From the NCBI GenBank assembly GCA_963727505.1, contig CAVSGP010000002.1, positions 32,001 to 96,000 on the forward strand: DNA of 64,000 nucleotides, written 5' to 3'. This stretch comes from an uncultured Trueperaceae bacterium. GTDB lineage: Bacteria > Deinococcota > Deinococci > Deinococcales > Trueperaceae. Below, one piece after another: positions 53,150 through 62,577 of this stretch. The translations under genes were made by a program, and so were the position numbers. The notes below the pieces were generated by a model that did not search any database, was not told where the DNA came from, and was given only the letters and a program-made list of their open reading frames with translations. The stretch's first letter is position 1. Each line of letters begins with the position of its first letter.

Positions 53150-53922
53150 GCGGCCCGCACGACCTCGATCCCGGCCTGCGCGAGGCACTCATCGCGCGCT
53201 TGACGGCCATGGCCGACGACGAGTTGATCCTCGGCCACCGCGACTCGGAGTGGACCGGCCACGCGCCGCTGCTCGAGGAGGACATCGCCCTGGCGAACAT
53301 CGCGCAGGACGAGATCGGGCATGCGCTCCTGTGGCTGGACGCGCGGACCGGACTCGACGGCAGCGACCCCGACGAGCTGGCCTTTTTCCGCGAAGCCGGC
53401 GACTACCGCAACGTCCGCCTGGTCGAGTTGCCCAGGGGCGATTGGGCCTTCACGCTGCTGCGCCAGTACCTGTTCGACGCCTTCGAGACGGAGCTGCTCG
53501 AGCGCCTGGCGCGCTCGAGCTACGCGCCGCTGGCCGAGGTCGCCGCCAAGGCCGCCAAGGAGGAGATCTTCCACCTGCGCCACAGCGGCCTGTGGCTGGA
53601 GCGGCTGGCGCGCGGCACCGAAGAGTCACGCCGCCGCCTGGAGGCCGCTTTGGAGCAGCTCTGGCCCTACCTGCCGCAGCTCTGGCAACCCCTGCCGGGC
53701 GACGCCGCGCTGGCGGACGCGGACATCGTCCCCGATCCGACCGAGCTCGAGGAGGCGGCCCGCGGGCGCATCCTGGCCGCGCTGGCACGCGTGGGGGTGG
53801 AGCCGCCACCCGAGGTCGCACCGAACCCGGGTGGCCGCGAGCGCCACGGCGAGACGCTGGTCACCCTGCTGATCGACATGCAGTCGGTCGCCCGCGCCGA
53901 TCCGGGCGTCGACGCCTGGTAG
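53146..53922 (+). CDS. paaC: Phenylacetyl-CoA epoxidase subunit C
   Basis: [37 protein letters not shown]. Confidence 0.94.
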   Translation: MSGPHDLDPGLREALIARLTAMADDELILGHRDSEWTGHAPLLEEDIALANIAQDEIGHALLWLDARTGLDGSDPDELAFFREAGDYRNVRLVELPRGDWAFTLLRQYLFDAFETELLERLARSSYAPLAEVAAKAAKEEIFHLRHSGLWLERLARGTEESRRRLEAALEQLWPYLPQLWQPLPGDAALADADIVPDPTELEEAARGRILAALARVGVEPPPEVAPNPGGRERHGETLVTLLIDMQSVARADPGVDAW

Positions 53923-53932
53923 CGGCGCCCAC

Positions 53933-53974
53933 GCGCCCAGGCACCCGCGCCCAGGCACCCGCGCCCAGGCACCC
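53933..53974. repeat. 14-bp tandem repeat x3
   Basis: (GCGCCCAGGCACCC)3 followed by a degenerate copy, between paaC and paaD. Confidence 0.9.
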
Positions 53975-54007
53975 GCGAGCCCGGGCACCGAAGGAGGAGG
54001 AACCTGC

Positions 54008-54523
54008 ATGGTCACGGCCTCTGAGTCCCTCGAAACGGGCGCTTCCCTGACGCCCGAGGCGGTGTGGGCCGCGTTGCAGGACGTGAAGGACCCCGAGATC
54101 CCCGTGGTGTCGGTGATCGAGCTCGGCATGGTGCGCGCCGTGGAGGTGACGGGCGGGCACGTGCGGGTCGACATCACCCCGACCTTCGCGGGCTGTCCCG
54201 CCTTCCATGCCATCCGCGAGGCCGTGAGCGACCGCGTGCGGGCGCTCGGCGCCACCGAGGTCGAGGTACGGCGGCGGCTCGCGCCAGCCTGGAGCTCGGA
54301 TGACATGAGCGACGCCGCGCGCACCAAGCTCCGCGCCTTCGGCATCGCACCGCCGCGCGCTCACGGCGGCCTTGTGCTGCCCGAACTCGAGGCGCCGGTC
54401 GCCTGCCCGCGCTGCAGCAGCTTCGATACCGAGCTCCGGGGTGCCTTCGGCAGCGCGCTGTGCCGGGAGATCTACACCTGCCGCTCCTGCCAGGAGACCT
54501 TCGAGCGCTTCAAGCCGCTGTGA
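54008..54523 (+). CDS. paaD: Phenylacetyl-CoA epoxidase subunit D
   Basis: DPEIPVVSV, PTFAGCPA, CPRC...CRSC, FERFKPL. Confidence 0.93.
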   Translation: MVTASESLETGASLTPEAVWAALQDVKDPEIPVVSVIELGMVRAVEVTGGHVRVDITPTFAGCPAFHAIREAVSDRVRALGATEVEVRRRLAPAWSSDDMSDAARTKLRAFGIAPPRAHGGLVLPELEAPVACPRCSSFDTELRGAFGSALCREIYTCRSCQETFERFKPL

Positions 54524-54542
54524 CGCCCGGTCGCGGCCCCGC

Positions 54543-55409
54543 TCACCGCAACAGCGCCACGATGACCACGGTGAAGCCGGCCGAGGTCACCGCGGCCAGG
54601 CGCATGGCGGTGCGGTAGTTGGCGGCCACCTGCGCTTCGTCGAAGCGCGCAGCCCAGGCGAGCATCCAGCCTCCGACCGCGACGAAGAACAGCGCCACCG
54701 CCACCACCCAGCCTGCCCCTGTACGGCGCGCCAGCTCTCCCAGCATCACGGCGCCGCCGGCGCCGAGCGCTGCCACCGCCAGGCGCAGCGCGCGCCGCGG
54801 GCCGAGCAGCACCGGCAGCGTGCGGTCGCCGCGGCGGCGGTCCTCCAGCGTCTGGTAGCTCTGCGTGACCACGTACAGGCCGATCACCACCAGCGCCGTG
54901 CTGAGCATGCCGATGGCGCCGGTCGTGTACGCCAGCCCCCGAGCCGGCGCCACCGCCAGCCACCCCAGGGCGAAGCCCAGCGCGCCCTGGCCGAGCGCGA
55001 TGGCCGCCAGGGCGCCCGCTGGGTTCGCCTTCAGGCGCACCGACGGATGCGAGTAGGCGGCGAACACCAGGAACAGCAGCACCCACGCCAACGTGAAACC
55101 GCGCCCCACCAGCAGCGCCAGCGGCAACCCGAGCACCTGCACGGCCAGCGAGAACGGCAGCAGGCCGGGGCTCACCCCGGGAGGCGCCAGCATGCCCCCC
55201 ACCGGACCCTCGTCCCGGTCGTAGTAGGAGTTGAAGGCGGTCGTGCCGCCGTAGAGGAAGAGGTGGATGGAGAGGTAGCCCAGCCACACCCGTCCGTCCA
55301 GGAGGCGGCCCCCACCCAACAGGACGCCCCACAGATAGATGGGGCTCAGGAGAAGGTTGAAGTGCAACCGGAGGTGGCGAACGAAGGGATGCGTCCACGG
55401 GGCGCTCAC
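54543..55409 (-). CDS. UbiA-family prenyltransferase
   Basis: NSYYDRDEG, YSHP..RLK, EDRRRGDRTL; multiple TM; GTGA overlap with upstream gene. Confidence 0.85.
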   Translation of the reverse strand: MSAPWTHPFVRHLRLHFNLLLSPIYLWGVLLGGGRLLDGRVWLGYLSIHLFLYGGTTAFNSYYDRDEGPVGGMLAPPGVSPGLLPFSLAVQVLGLPLALLVGRGFTLAWVLLFLVFAAYSHPSVRLKANPAGALAAIALGQGALGFALGWLAVAPARGLAYTTGAIGMLSTALVVIGLYVVTQSYQTLEDRRRGDRTLPVLLGPRRALRLAVAALGAGGAVMLGELARRTGAGWVVAVALFFVAVGGWMLAWAARFDEAQVAANYRTAMRLAAVTSAGFTVVIVALLR

Positions 55410-56653
55410 GGGGCGGCACCCGAGGCCAGGACGGTGTCGAGGTCCGGATCGAGGCCCGGATCGAGGCCCGTGTCGAGGCCGCGCATCGTGAAGCGCCGTG
55501 CGAACGCCCCCGCCAGCGGAGTGTGGAGCCCCGTCCACACCGCCGCCGCGCGCAGGCTCGGCGTCGGCGACGCCCGGCCGACCCGGAGGTTGAACGCCGC
55601 CCGGCGCGCGGCCACCCGCGCGGCCGGCAGTCGCGCCGCCTGGTAACCCGCCAGCGCCCGATGCAACCGCTCGACCGGTATCTGCGCCAGGTCCCGGCCC
55701 GCGCGGGCGGCCAGCACGCGGGCGGCCAGAACACCGGCGTCGAGCCACCCGAGGTTCATCCCCTGCCCGCCGAACGGCGGCAGCACGTGCGCGGCGTCCC
55801 CCGCCAGCGCCACCCGGCCGGCCACCAGGCGGCGCACCAGCAACGTGCGCACTCCGAAGTCGCTCACCATGCTGCAGCGGCGCGCGTCCAGCCTCTCCCC
55901 CACGCGCTCCAGCACCCGATCGGCCAACCAGGTCACCGCGCGCCGACGCGTCGCGGCCCGCGGCTCCGGGGCGGGCTCGCCACCGGGCGAGACCGCCGCC
56001 ACCCAGCGCCGCAGCCCGCCCGGGAGGGGGAACGACTCCACCACCCCGCCGGCGGTGAGGTAGATGGCGGCGTCAGACCCCAGCCGCGTGTCGTCCGGGA
56101 AGTCGCCCATCACGAAGCGGTCGGGGTAGCGGTGCTCTTCGAAGGGAAGCCCGAGCCAGCCGCGCACAGCGCTGTCATGCCCGTCGCAACCGACCACCAG
56201 GGCGGACTCGAGGGCGCCACCGTCGGCGAACCGCAGGTGCGCACTCCCCTCGGCACGCTCGAGCGCCACCACCTCCACCCCCCTACACAGCTGCCCGCTC
56301 GGGAGGGAGGTCAGGCGTCTCTCCAGCAGGCGCTCGACCTCGGCCTGCGGCAGGGTCAGCACGAAGCGGTACGGGGGCGGGCAGCTTCGGAACGACAGCG
56401 TGCCCAGGCGGGTACGGCCGGCGTAGGCGTGCCCCCGCTCGACGCGCACCCCGTGCGCTACGAATGTCTCTGCCAGGCCGAGACGAGCGGCGACCTCCAG
56501 CGCCGGTGGGTGCACGCCGATGGAGCGCGAGTGGGTGGACCGGTGCCCTCGGCGCTCCAGCACCGCCACACGCACGCCCGCATCGGCCAGCAGGCAGCCG
56601 AGCAGCAGCCCGACCGGACCGCCTCCGACCACGGCGACCTCGACGCGACTCAC
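55406..56653 (-). CDS. FAD-dependent aromatic monooxygenase (UbiH/PhzS-like)
   Basis: GGGPVG, GCDG, GDAAH..PFGGQGMNLG. Confidence 0.9.
   Translation of the reverse strand: MSRVEVAVVGGGPVGLLLGCLLADAGVRVAVLERRGHRSTHSRSIGVHPPALEVAARLGLAETFVAHGVRVERGHAYAGRTRLGTLSFRSCPPPYRFVLTLPQAEVERLLERRLTSLPSGQLCRGVEVVALERAEGSAHLRFADGGALESALVVGCDGHDSAVRGWLGLPFEEHRYPDRFVMGDFPDDTRLGSDAAIYLTAGGVVESFPLPGGLRRWVAAVSPGGEPAPEPRAATRRRAVTWLADRVLERVGERLDARRCSMVSDFGVRTLLVRRLVAGRVALAGDAAHVLPPFGGQGMNLGWLDAGVLAARVLAARAGRDLAQIPVERLHRALAGYQAARLPAARVAARRAAFNLRVGRASPTPSLRAAAVWTGLHTPLAGAFARRFTMRGLDTGLDPGLDPDLDTVLASGAAP
55434..55481. repeat. 12-bp coding tandem repeat x4
   Basis: Encodes GLDT-GLDP-GLDP-DLDT at the monooxygenase C-terminus. 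Confidence 0.8.
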
Positions 56654-57354
56654 CCCCGCACCTGCACTCCGCGCCGCTCGTGCACCAGCAGCGCACGGAA
56701 CGGCGGCATGCGCTCCACCCGCCAGCCGTCGGGCGCCAGGGCGCGTAGCTCGTCCGGCCGGTAGGCGCGGCGGATCGAGCGCAGGCCGTCGGGCACGATG
56801 AACGATCCGCGGAACAGCGGCCGTAGCGACGCGAACGCCAGCAGCGCCAGCGCGTTGCGCCGGAGGTCGTTGTGCAGCGCCGCGACGCGGGCCAGGCTCG
56901 CCGTGGCGGCGAGGAAGCCGGGCACCTCCCCCTCGCTGAGGTGGTGCAAGACGTGGTTGGAGATCACGAAGTCGTAGCGCTCCCCGTCGGCGAGTAGGTC
57001 CTCCACGGCGGCCTGGCGGTAGCGCACTTGCTGGTTCGACCCGTGCGCCCGGGCGAACGCCAACGCGCGGGCGTCGGGGTCGACGGCAGTGATCGCCAAT
57101 GGGATTCCGGCGGCCGCCGACCAGGCAGCGAGGTTGCGCGCGACGTCGCCGCCGCCGCAACCGACGTCGAGCAGCGTCGCGCCGGGCCACGCGCGGGGCT
57201 CGAGCCAGCGCTCGAACACGCCGCGCCAGCCCGCCAACCAGCGGTTGATCAGTTCGAACTGGGCGTAGGTAGCGTTCAACCGCTCGCTGTCGCAGCCCGG
57301 ATCGTCCATGGCCTCACGCAGGGCCGTGGCGCGGCTCCGGAGCAACGGGCTCAT
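56650..57354 (-). CDS. SAM-dependent methyltransferase
   Basis: EAMDDP, LDVGCGGG, SNHVLHH, DGLRSIRR. Confidence 0.9.
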   Translation of the reverse strand: MSPLLRSRATALREAMDDPGCDSERLNATYAQFELINRWLAGWRGVFERWLEPRAWPGATLLDVGCGGGDVARNLAAWSAAAGIPLAITAVDPDARALAFARAHGSNQQVRYRQAAVEDLLADGERYDFVISNHVLHHLSEGEVPGFLAATASLARVAALHNDLRRNALALLAFASLRPLFRGSFIVPDGLRSIRRAYRPDELRALAPDGWRVERMPPFRALLVHERRGVQVRG

Positions 57355-58448
57355 GCCGCGCTCAACACCCCCGCGTCGACCGTCAGCCCGGGGCCGAACG
57401 CCATGGCGACCACCGGCTCGCCGGGCTCGAGCCCGTCCTCCAGGATCCTCTGCAGCACGAACAACACGGTGGCGCTCGACATGTTGCCGTAGCGCGCCAG
57501 CACCGCGCGCGAGGCGTCCAGCGCCGTCGGCGGCAGGGCCAGCCCGCTCTCCACGCGGTCGAGGATGGCGCGCCCGCCCGGGTGCACCGCCCACCGCTGC
57601 ACGTCCTCTCGGCGCACGCCGGCCGCCCGCAGAAGCGGTTCCACCGCCTCCTGCGCGCGCGCCCCCACGATCCTGGGCACGTAGCTGGAGAGCACCATCT
57701 CGAACCCGGTGTCGCCGATGGTCCAGGCCATCGCGTCGGCGCCTTCGGGCGCGACGCCAGACGAGAAGCGCTCCAGGCGCAAGCCCCCCGTCTCCGGCCG
57801 CCGCGCGCTCACCACCGTGGCGGCGCCACCGTCGGCGAACACCGAGCCCGCCACGAGCGCGTCGAGCTCACAGCTCGGCTGCAAGTGGAGCGAGCACAGC
57901 TCCACCGCCGCCACCAGCACCACCGCGTCGGGGTCGGCGCGGCAGAAGGCCTCGGCCATGCGCAGCGCCGGGAAGGCGGCGTAGCAGCCCATGAAGCCCA
58001 GGTGGTAGCGCTCCGTGGAGGGCGCCAGCCCCAGCTCGCGCACCACGGCGAGGTCCGGCCCCGGCGCCACGAACCCCGTGCAGGACACGGTGATGACGTG
58101 GGTAACGTCCGCAGCATCGAACCCGTCGGCGCGCTCGAGGGCGCGGCGCGCCACCCGCGGGAAGAGCGTCATCGCTTCGCGCGCGTACACGGCGTTGCGC
58201 TCGGCCGTGCCGGGACTCCGGAAGGCGCCGCTGTCGGCATCGAGGTAGAAGCCGCGCGCGCCGTCCGGAGCGAAGTCGCCCACCACGCTGTGACGGGTGT
58301 CGATGCCGGAGTGCTGGTAGATGCGATGGAGCATGCGATCGGTGCGGCGATCGCCCCCCACCCACGCCTTCATCACGTCGCAGGCGACGGTCTGGTCGTA
58401 GGCCGTCTCGGGCACGGCCGATGCCACGCCGTGCAGGTATGCGGACAT
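57351..58448 (-). CDS. Type III polyketide synthase
   Basis: Catalytic triad motifs MGCY, HPGG, GNMSS; FADG; AFGPG. Confidence 0.94.
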   Translation of the reverse strand: MSAYLHGVASAVPETAYDQTVACDVMKAWVGGDRRTDRMLHRIYQHSGIDTRHSVVGDFAPDGARGFYLDADSGAFRSPGTAERNAVYAREAMTLFPRVARRALERADGFDAADVTHVITVSCTGFVAPGPDLAVVRELGLAPSTERYHLGFMGCYAAFPALRMAEAFCRADPDAVVLVAAVELCSLHLQPSCELDALVAGSVFADGGAATVVSARRPETGGLRLERFSSGVAPEGADAMAWTIGDTGFEMVLSSYVPRIVGARAQEAVEPLLRAAGVRREDVQRWAVHPGGRAILDRVESGLALPPTALDASRAVLARYGNMSSATVLFVLQRILEDGLEPGEPVVAMAFGPGLTVDAGVLSAA

Positions 58449-58552
58449 GCGTCATTATGACGGCCGTCGCGCCGGACGACGGTAGGCCGGCACCCAGCCC
58501 GGCGGGCGGCGCGCTTTCAGACCTTTCATGTGGGCCCTGACAAGATGGCTGC

Positions 58553-59695
58553 ATGTTCCAGACGTTCTCCCTCCCACATGCGGCCCGCCGGCGGGCCGTC
58601 CTGCTGCTCGCCGCGGCCGTGCTGTCGCTCACGGCCACCGGTACCGCACTGGCGCAGGACACCGGTTCCACTCCCTTCGTCGACAAGCAGGGGCTCGACC
58701 TGGCGGAGAAGCGCGTCATCGACGTCTACAAGCGCGTGGCCCCATCGGTGGTCAACATCACCACCCAGGTGCTGCAGCCGAGCTTCTTCTACGGCTCTGT
58801 GCCCGCTCAGGGCGCCGGATCGGGGTTCGTCATCGACACCGACGGGCACATCCTGACCAACTACCACGTCATCGAGAACGCCCAGCGCATCAACGTCGCG
58901 TTCGGTAACGGCACCTCGCTGCAGGCCAAGCTGGTCGGCAGCGACGCCCGTAACGACGTGGCGGTGCTCAAGGTCGACGCCCCCAAGAACCTGCTCAAGC
59001 CCGTCACCTTCGGCGACTCCGACCACCTCCAGGTGGGTCAGCGCACCATCGCCATCGGCAATCCCTTCGGCGAGTTCGGCCGCACGCTCACCACCGGCGT
59101 GGTCAGCGCGTTGAACCGCTCGATCCAGGGGCCGTCGGGCCTGCCCATCACCGGCATCATCCAGACGGACGCCGCCATCAACAAGGGCAACTCGGGGGGC
59201 CCGCTGCTCGACAGCGCCGGGCGCGTCATCGGCATCACCAGCGCCATCTTCAGCCCGTCGGGCACCAACGCCGGCGTGGGCTTCGCGTTGCCCATCGCGA
59301 CGGTCAAGCGGGTGCTGCCGTCGCTGCTCAAGAACGGCTCCTACCCCCACCCCTACCTGGGCGTGAAGTACGCCCATACCCTCACGCCCGACCTGGCGCG
59401 AGCGCTGGGGCTGAAAACCGACCACGGCCTGCTGCTGGTGCAACTCGTGAGCGGCAGTCCCCTCGACCAGGCCGGCCTGCTGGGCGCGCAGCAACAGCAG
59501 GTGGTCGGGAACCGGCTGTTCTACGTCGGCGGCGACGTGCTGGTGAAGATCGACGACCACACCGTGCAGGACCTAGGCGACCTCAAGTCCTACCTCGAGG
59601 ACCACTACCGGGTGGGCGACACGGTGACGGTGACCTACGTGCGTGGCGGCAACCAGCAGCAGGCGACGCTCACGCTGGCCCGCGAGCCACACTAG
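58553..59695 (+). CDS. HtrA/DegP-family serine protease with PDZ domain
   Basis: Signal peptide, LTNYHV, DVAVLK, INKGNSGGP. Confidence 0.93.
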   Translation: MFQTFSLPHAARRRAVLLLAAAVLSLTATGTALAQDTGSTPFVDKQGLDLAEKRVIDVYKRVAPSVVNITTQVLQPSFFYGSVPAQGAGSGFVIDTDGHILTNYHVIENAQRINVAFGNGTSLQAKLVGSDARNDVAVLKVDAPKNLLKPVTFGDSDHLQVGQRTIAIGNPFGEFGRTLTTGVVSALNRSIQGPSGLPITGIIQTDAAINKGNSGGPLLDSAGRVIGITSAIFSPSGTNAGVGFALPIATVKRVLPSLLKNGSYPHPYLGVKYAHTLTPDLARALGLKTDHGLLLVQLVSGSPLDQAGLLGAQQQQVVGNRLFYVGGDVLVKIDDHTVQDLGDLKSYLEDHYRVGDTVTVTYVRGGNQQQATLTLAREPH

Positions 59696-59774
59696 CGGCG
59701 ACCGTGAGCCCGCGCAACGGTGCGGGGCGCTGACTGCGCCCCGCACCGCACGGCTTCCTGCTTTCGGCGTCGTG

Positions 59775-61520
59775 CTAGAGGGGATAACCGTCCGCCGCGA
59801 GCACCGCCTGGGCCGCGTCGCGCCGTAGCGCGATGAGGTCGACACCGTGCTCGGCCAGGTAGGCGGACGCGCGGCCCTGCGCCTGCGCTCCGCCCGGGAT
59901 GCGGCGCAGCGCCTCGGCGGCCAAGGGACGCGCGCGATCGACGGCGGCCAGCGCGTACAGCCGCGCCAGCAATTCGGCGCGACCGCCGGCCTCCTGTCCC
60001 TGCAGCCGTTCGGCACGGAGCAGGGCCGAGTCGGCCAGGTAGACCAGACCCACCATGTCCGCGACGTGGCCCATCAGCTCCTGCTCGTGCTCGAGCTTCT
60101 GGGCGTAGGCCATCGCACCCATGCCGGCCACCAGCAGTGTGGCGCGCTTGAGGTTCTCGACAGCCGTCACCGCGTCAGCCAGCGCCTCCGGCGCGTCGAC
60201 CTCCGTCACGGGCTCGCCCTGCAGCGCGGCCTGCGCGGGCCCCATCAGGTCGACGGAGCCGCGCATGGCACGCTTGAGGAGCTGCTCGACGGTCAGCAGG
60301 CGGTTGATCTCGTTGGTGCCCTCGAAGATGCGGTTGATGCGGCTGTTACGGTACGCGAGCTCGATCGGGTAGTCGGCCGAGAACCCGTAGCCGCCGTAGA
60401 TCTGCAGCGCCTCATCCACCACCATGTCCAGGATCTCGCTGCCGAACACCTTGATGAGCGAGTACTCCACGACGTACTCGTTGAGCGCACGCGACTGCGC
60501 GGGGCCCTCGGGTACGCCTTCGAGCACGGCGTCCATCTCCCCCACGAGGCGGTAGACGGCGCTCTCCAACGCGAACGCCTCGGCCGCCATGCGGCCGAGC
60601 TTGTCCTGGATGAGGCCGAAGCTCGCGATCGGAACGCCGAACTGCTGGCGCTCCTGGGCGTAACCGCTGGCCAGCCCGATGAGCTGTTTGACGCCGCCCA
60701 CCGCGCCCACGGCCAGCTTGTAGCGACCGATGTTGAGCGTTCCCAGCGCGATGTGGGCACCCTTGCCGACCTCACCGAGGAGGTTCGCCGCGGGCACTCG
60801 CACGTTCTCCAGGATCACCTGGCGCGTCGAGGAGCCCTTGATGCCCATCTTCTTCTCTTCGGCGCCGAAGCTGAGTCCGGGGCTGTCGCGCTCGACCAGG
60901 AAGGCGCTGAACTTGTCGCCGTCGATCTGCGCGAAGACGGTGAACAGGTCGGCGAAGCCGGCGTTGGAGATCCACATCTTGGTGCCGTTGAGGACGTAGG
61001 CGTCACCGTCGAGCACCGCCCGCGTCTTGGCGGCCAGCGAGTCCGAGCCGCTGCCGGGCTCCGTGAGGCAGTAGGCGGCGATCCACTCGCCGCTGGCGAG
61101 CTTCGGTAGGTAACGCTGCTTCTGCTCGTCGGAACCGAAGTACACCAGCGGTAGCGTGCCGATGCCGCTGTGGGCGTTGTAGGTGACGTTGAACGATCCC
61201 GAGCGCGCCAGCGCCTCGGTCACGACCGCCGAGGCCGCCTTGCTGGCGCCCAGACCGCCGTAGGCCTCGGGGATCTCCACGGCCAGCAGGCCCTGCTCCC
61301 CGGCCTTGCTCATGGCCTTGCGGCTGAGATCGTAGGAGAGGTGCTCGAGTTCGTCGAAGACGGGGTCGATCTCCCGCTCCACGAAGGTGCGGGCCGTGGC
61401 GCGCATGAGCTTGAGCTCGTCGTCGAGAGCCTCGGGGATGAGGACGTTCTCGGCGGGCGTGCGTTCGATCAGGAATGCGGAGCCGGTGGCGGCGCGAACT
61501 CGTTCGTCGGACACGGACAT
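59775..61520 (-). CDS. Acyl-CoA dehydrogenase (FadE/VLCAD type)
   Basis: CLTEPGSGSD, KMGIKGSST, GGYGF, IFEGTNEI. Confidence 0.94.
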   Translation of the reverse strand: MSVSDERVRAATGSAFLIERTPAENVLIPEALDDELKLMRATARTFVEREIDPVFDELEHLSYDLSRKAMSKAGEQGLLAVEIPEAYGGLGASKAASAVVTEALARSGSFNVTYNAHSGIGTLPLVYFGSDEQKQRYLPKLASGEWIAAYCLTEPGSGSDSLAAKTRAVLDGDAYVLNGTKMWISNAGFADLFTVFAQIDGDKFSAFLVERDSPGLSFGAEEKKMGIKGSSTRQVILENVRVPAANLLGEVGKGAHIALGTLNIGRYKLAVGAVGGVKQLIGLASGYAQERQQFGVPIASFGLIQDKLGRMAAEAFALESAVYRLVGEMDAVLEGVPEGPAQSRALNEYVVEYSLIKVFGSEILDMVVDEALQIYGGYGFSADYPIELAYRNSRINRIFEGTNEINRLLTVEQLLKRAMRGSVDLMGPAQAALQGEPVTEVDAPEALADAVTAVENLKRATLLVAGMGAMAYAQKLEHEQELMGHVADMVGLVYLADSALLRAERLQGQEAGGRAELLARLYALAAVDRARPLAAEALRRIPGGAQAQGRASAYLAEHGVDLIALRRDAAQAVLAADGYPL

Positions 61521-61617
61521 GCGGGGCCTCCTCGCGGGCCCGTTCCAGGGCCCGGGCGGCGCTGGAGCGCGCGAACGCGTCCCCGGCGGCTTCGATGTCC
61601 GGAGTATAGCCACCCCC

Positions 61618-61632
61618 TTGTACTCGGTACAA
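61618..61632. promoter_or_regulatory. Putative FadR (TetR-type) operator
   Basis: Palindrome TTGTACTCGGTACAA fits the Thermus FadR consensus TTRNACYNRGTNYAA as I recall it; upstream of the acyl-CoA dehydrogenase. Confidence 0.75.
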
Positions 61633-61678
61633 GTTTGTGATGCCGCCCGAGTACACGCCGCTGGACGACGTCCCATCC

Positions 61679-62440
61679 CTAGAACAGGGCCTTGACCACC
61701 CCTCCGTCCACCACCAGCGTCTGCCCGGTCACGTAGCCCGCCTGTTGCGACGCGAGGTAGGTCACCGCCGCCGCGATCTCGGCGGGCTCCGCCAGGCGCT
61801 TGGCCGGGATGCGCTCGACCAGCGCCTGTTTGGCCTGCTCGTTCTCGAACAGATCGTCGAGGCGGGCGGTGGCGGTGTAACCGGGTGCAACGTTGTTGAC
61901 CGTGACGCCATCCGCGGCGATCTCCTCCGAAAGCGTCTTCGCGAACGCGGTCACGCCCGAGCGCAGGGCGTTGGACAGGGCGAGCGTCAAGAGGGGCTGC
62001 TTGACCAGGAAGGAGGTGATGTTCACGATCCTCCCCCAGCGCTCGCGCCGCATGGCCGGCAACACTTCACGCGTCAGGCGCACCGAGGACATCAGGGTGA
62101 GCTCCACCGCGGCGGCCCACGCCTCCTCGTCGAGCTGCGTGGGCACCCCGGCGGGTGGTCCGCCGGCGTTGGCAACGAGCACCGACGGGTCCCCCAGACG
62201 ACGGCGGGTCTCGGCGGCGATCCGCTCGACCTCCGCCAGCCGGCTGACGTCCCCCTCGATCATCACCGCCTCGCCGCCGGCCTGCTCGATGCCGGCCACC
62301 GCGCGCTCGAGCGCGGCGCCGTCGCGGGCCACCAGCGCTACGCGCGCCCCCTCGGCGGCCAGGGCCTGTGCCACAGCGAAGCCGATCCCCTTCGAAGCAC
62401 CCGTCACCAACGCGATCTTGCCGTTCAGTCCGAGATCCAT
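61679..62440 (-). CDS. SDR oxidoreductase
   Basis: TGASKGIG, NAGGPP, LSNALR; same subfamily as 17088-17876. Confidence 0.9.
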   Translation of the reverse strand: MDLGLNGKIALVTGASKGIGFAVAQALAAEGARVALVARDGAALERAVAGIEQAGGEAVMIEGDVSRLAEVERIAAETRRRLGDPSVLVANAGGPPAGVPTQLDEEAWAAAVELTLMSSVRLTREVLPAMRRERWGRIVNITSFLVKQPLLTLALSNALRSGVTAFAKTLSEEIAADGVTVNNVAPGYTATARLDDLFENEQAKQALVERIPAKRLAEPAEIAAAVTYLASQQAGYVTGQTLVVDGGVVKALF

Positions 62441-62493
62441 GCGGCATTGTAAGCGGCCCCACCCCGGTACCGCGGCGGCCGCCAAGCCCCGTT

Positions 62494-62549
62494 GGACACG
62501 GCCTGCAGCACACGGCCTGAAGGACACGACCCGCAGCACACGACCCGCC
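62494..62549. repeat. 14-bp degenerate tandem repeat x4
   Basis: GGACACGGCCTGCA / GCACACGGCCTGAA / GGACACGACCCGCA / GCACACGACCCGCC. Confidence 0.8.
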
Positions 62550-62577
62550 GGGCATGGTCCCGGCCGCGCGGCCGACT

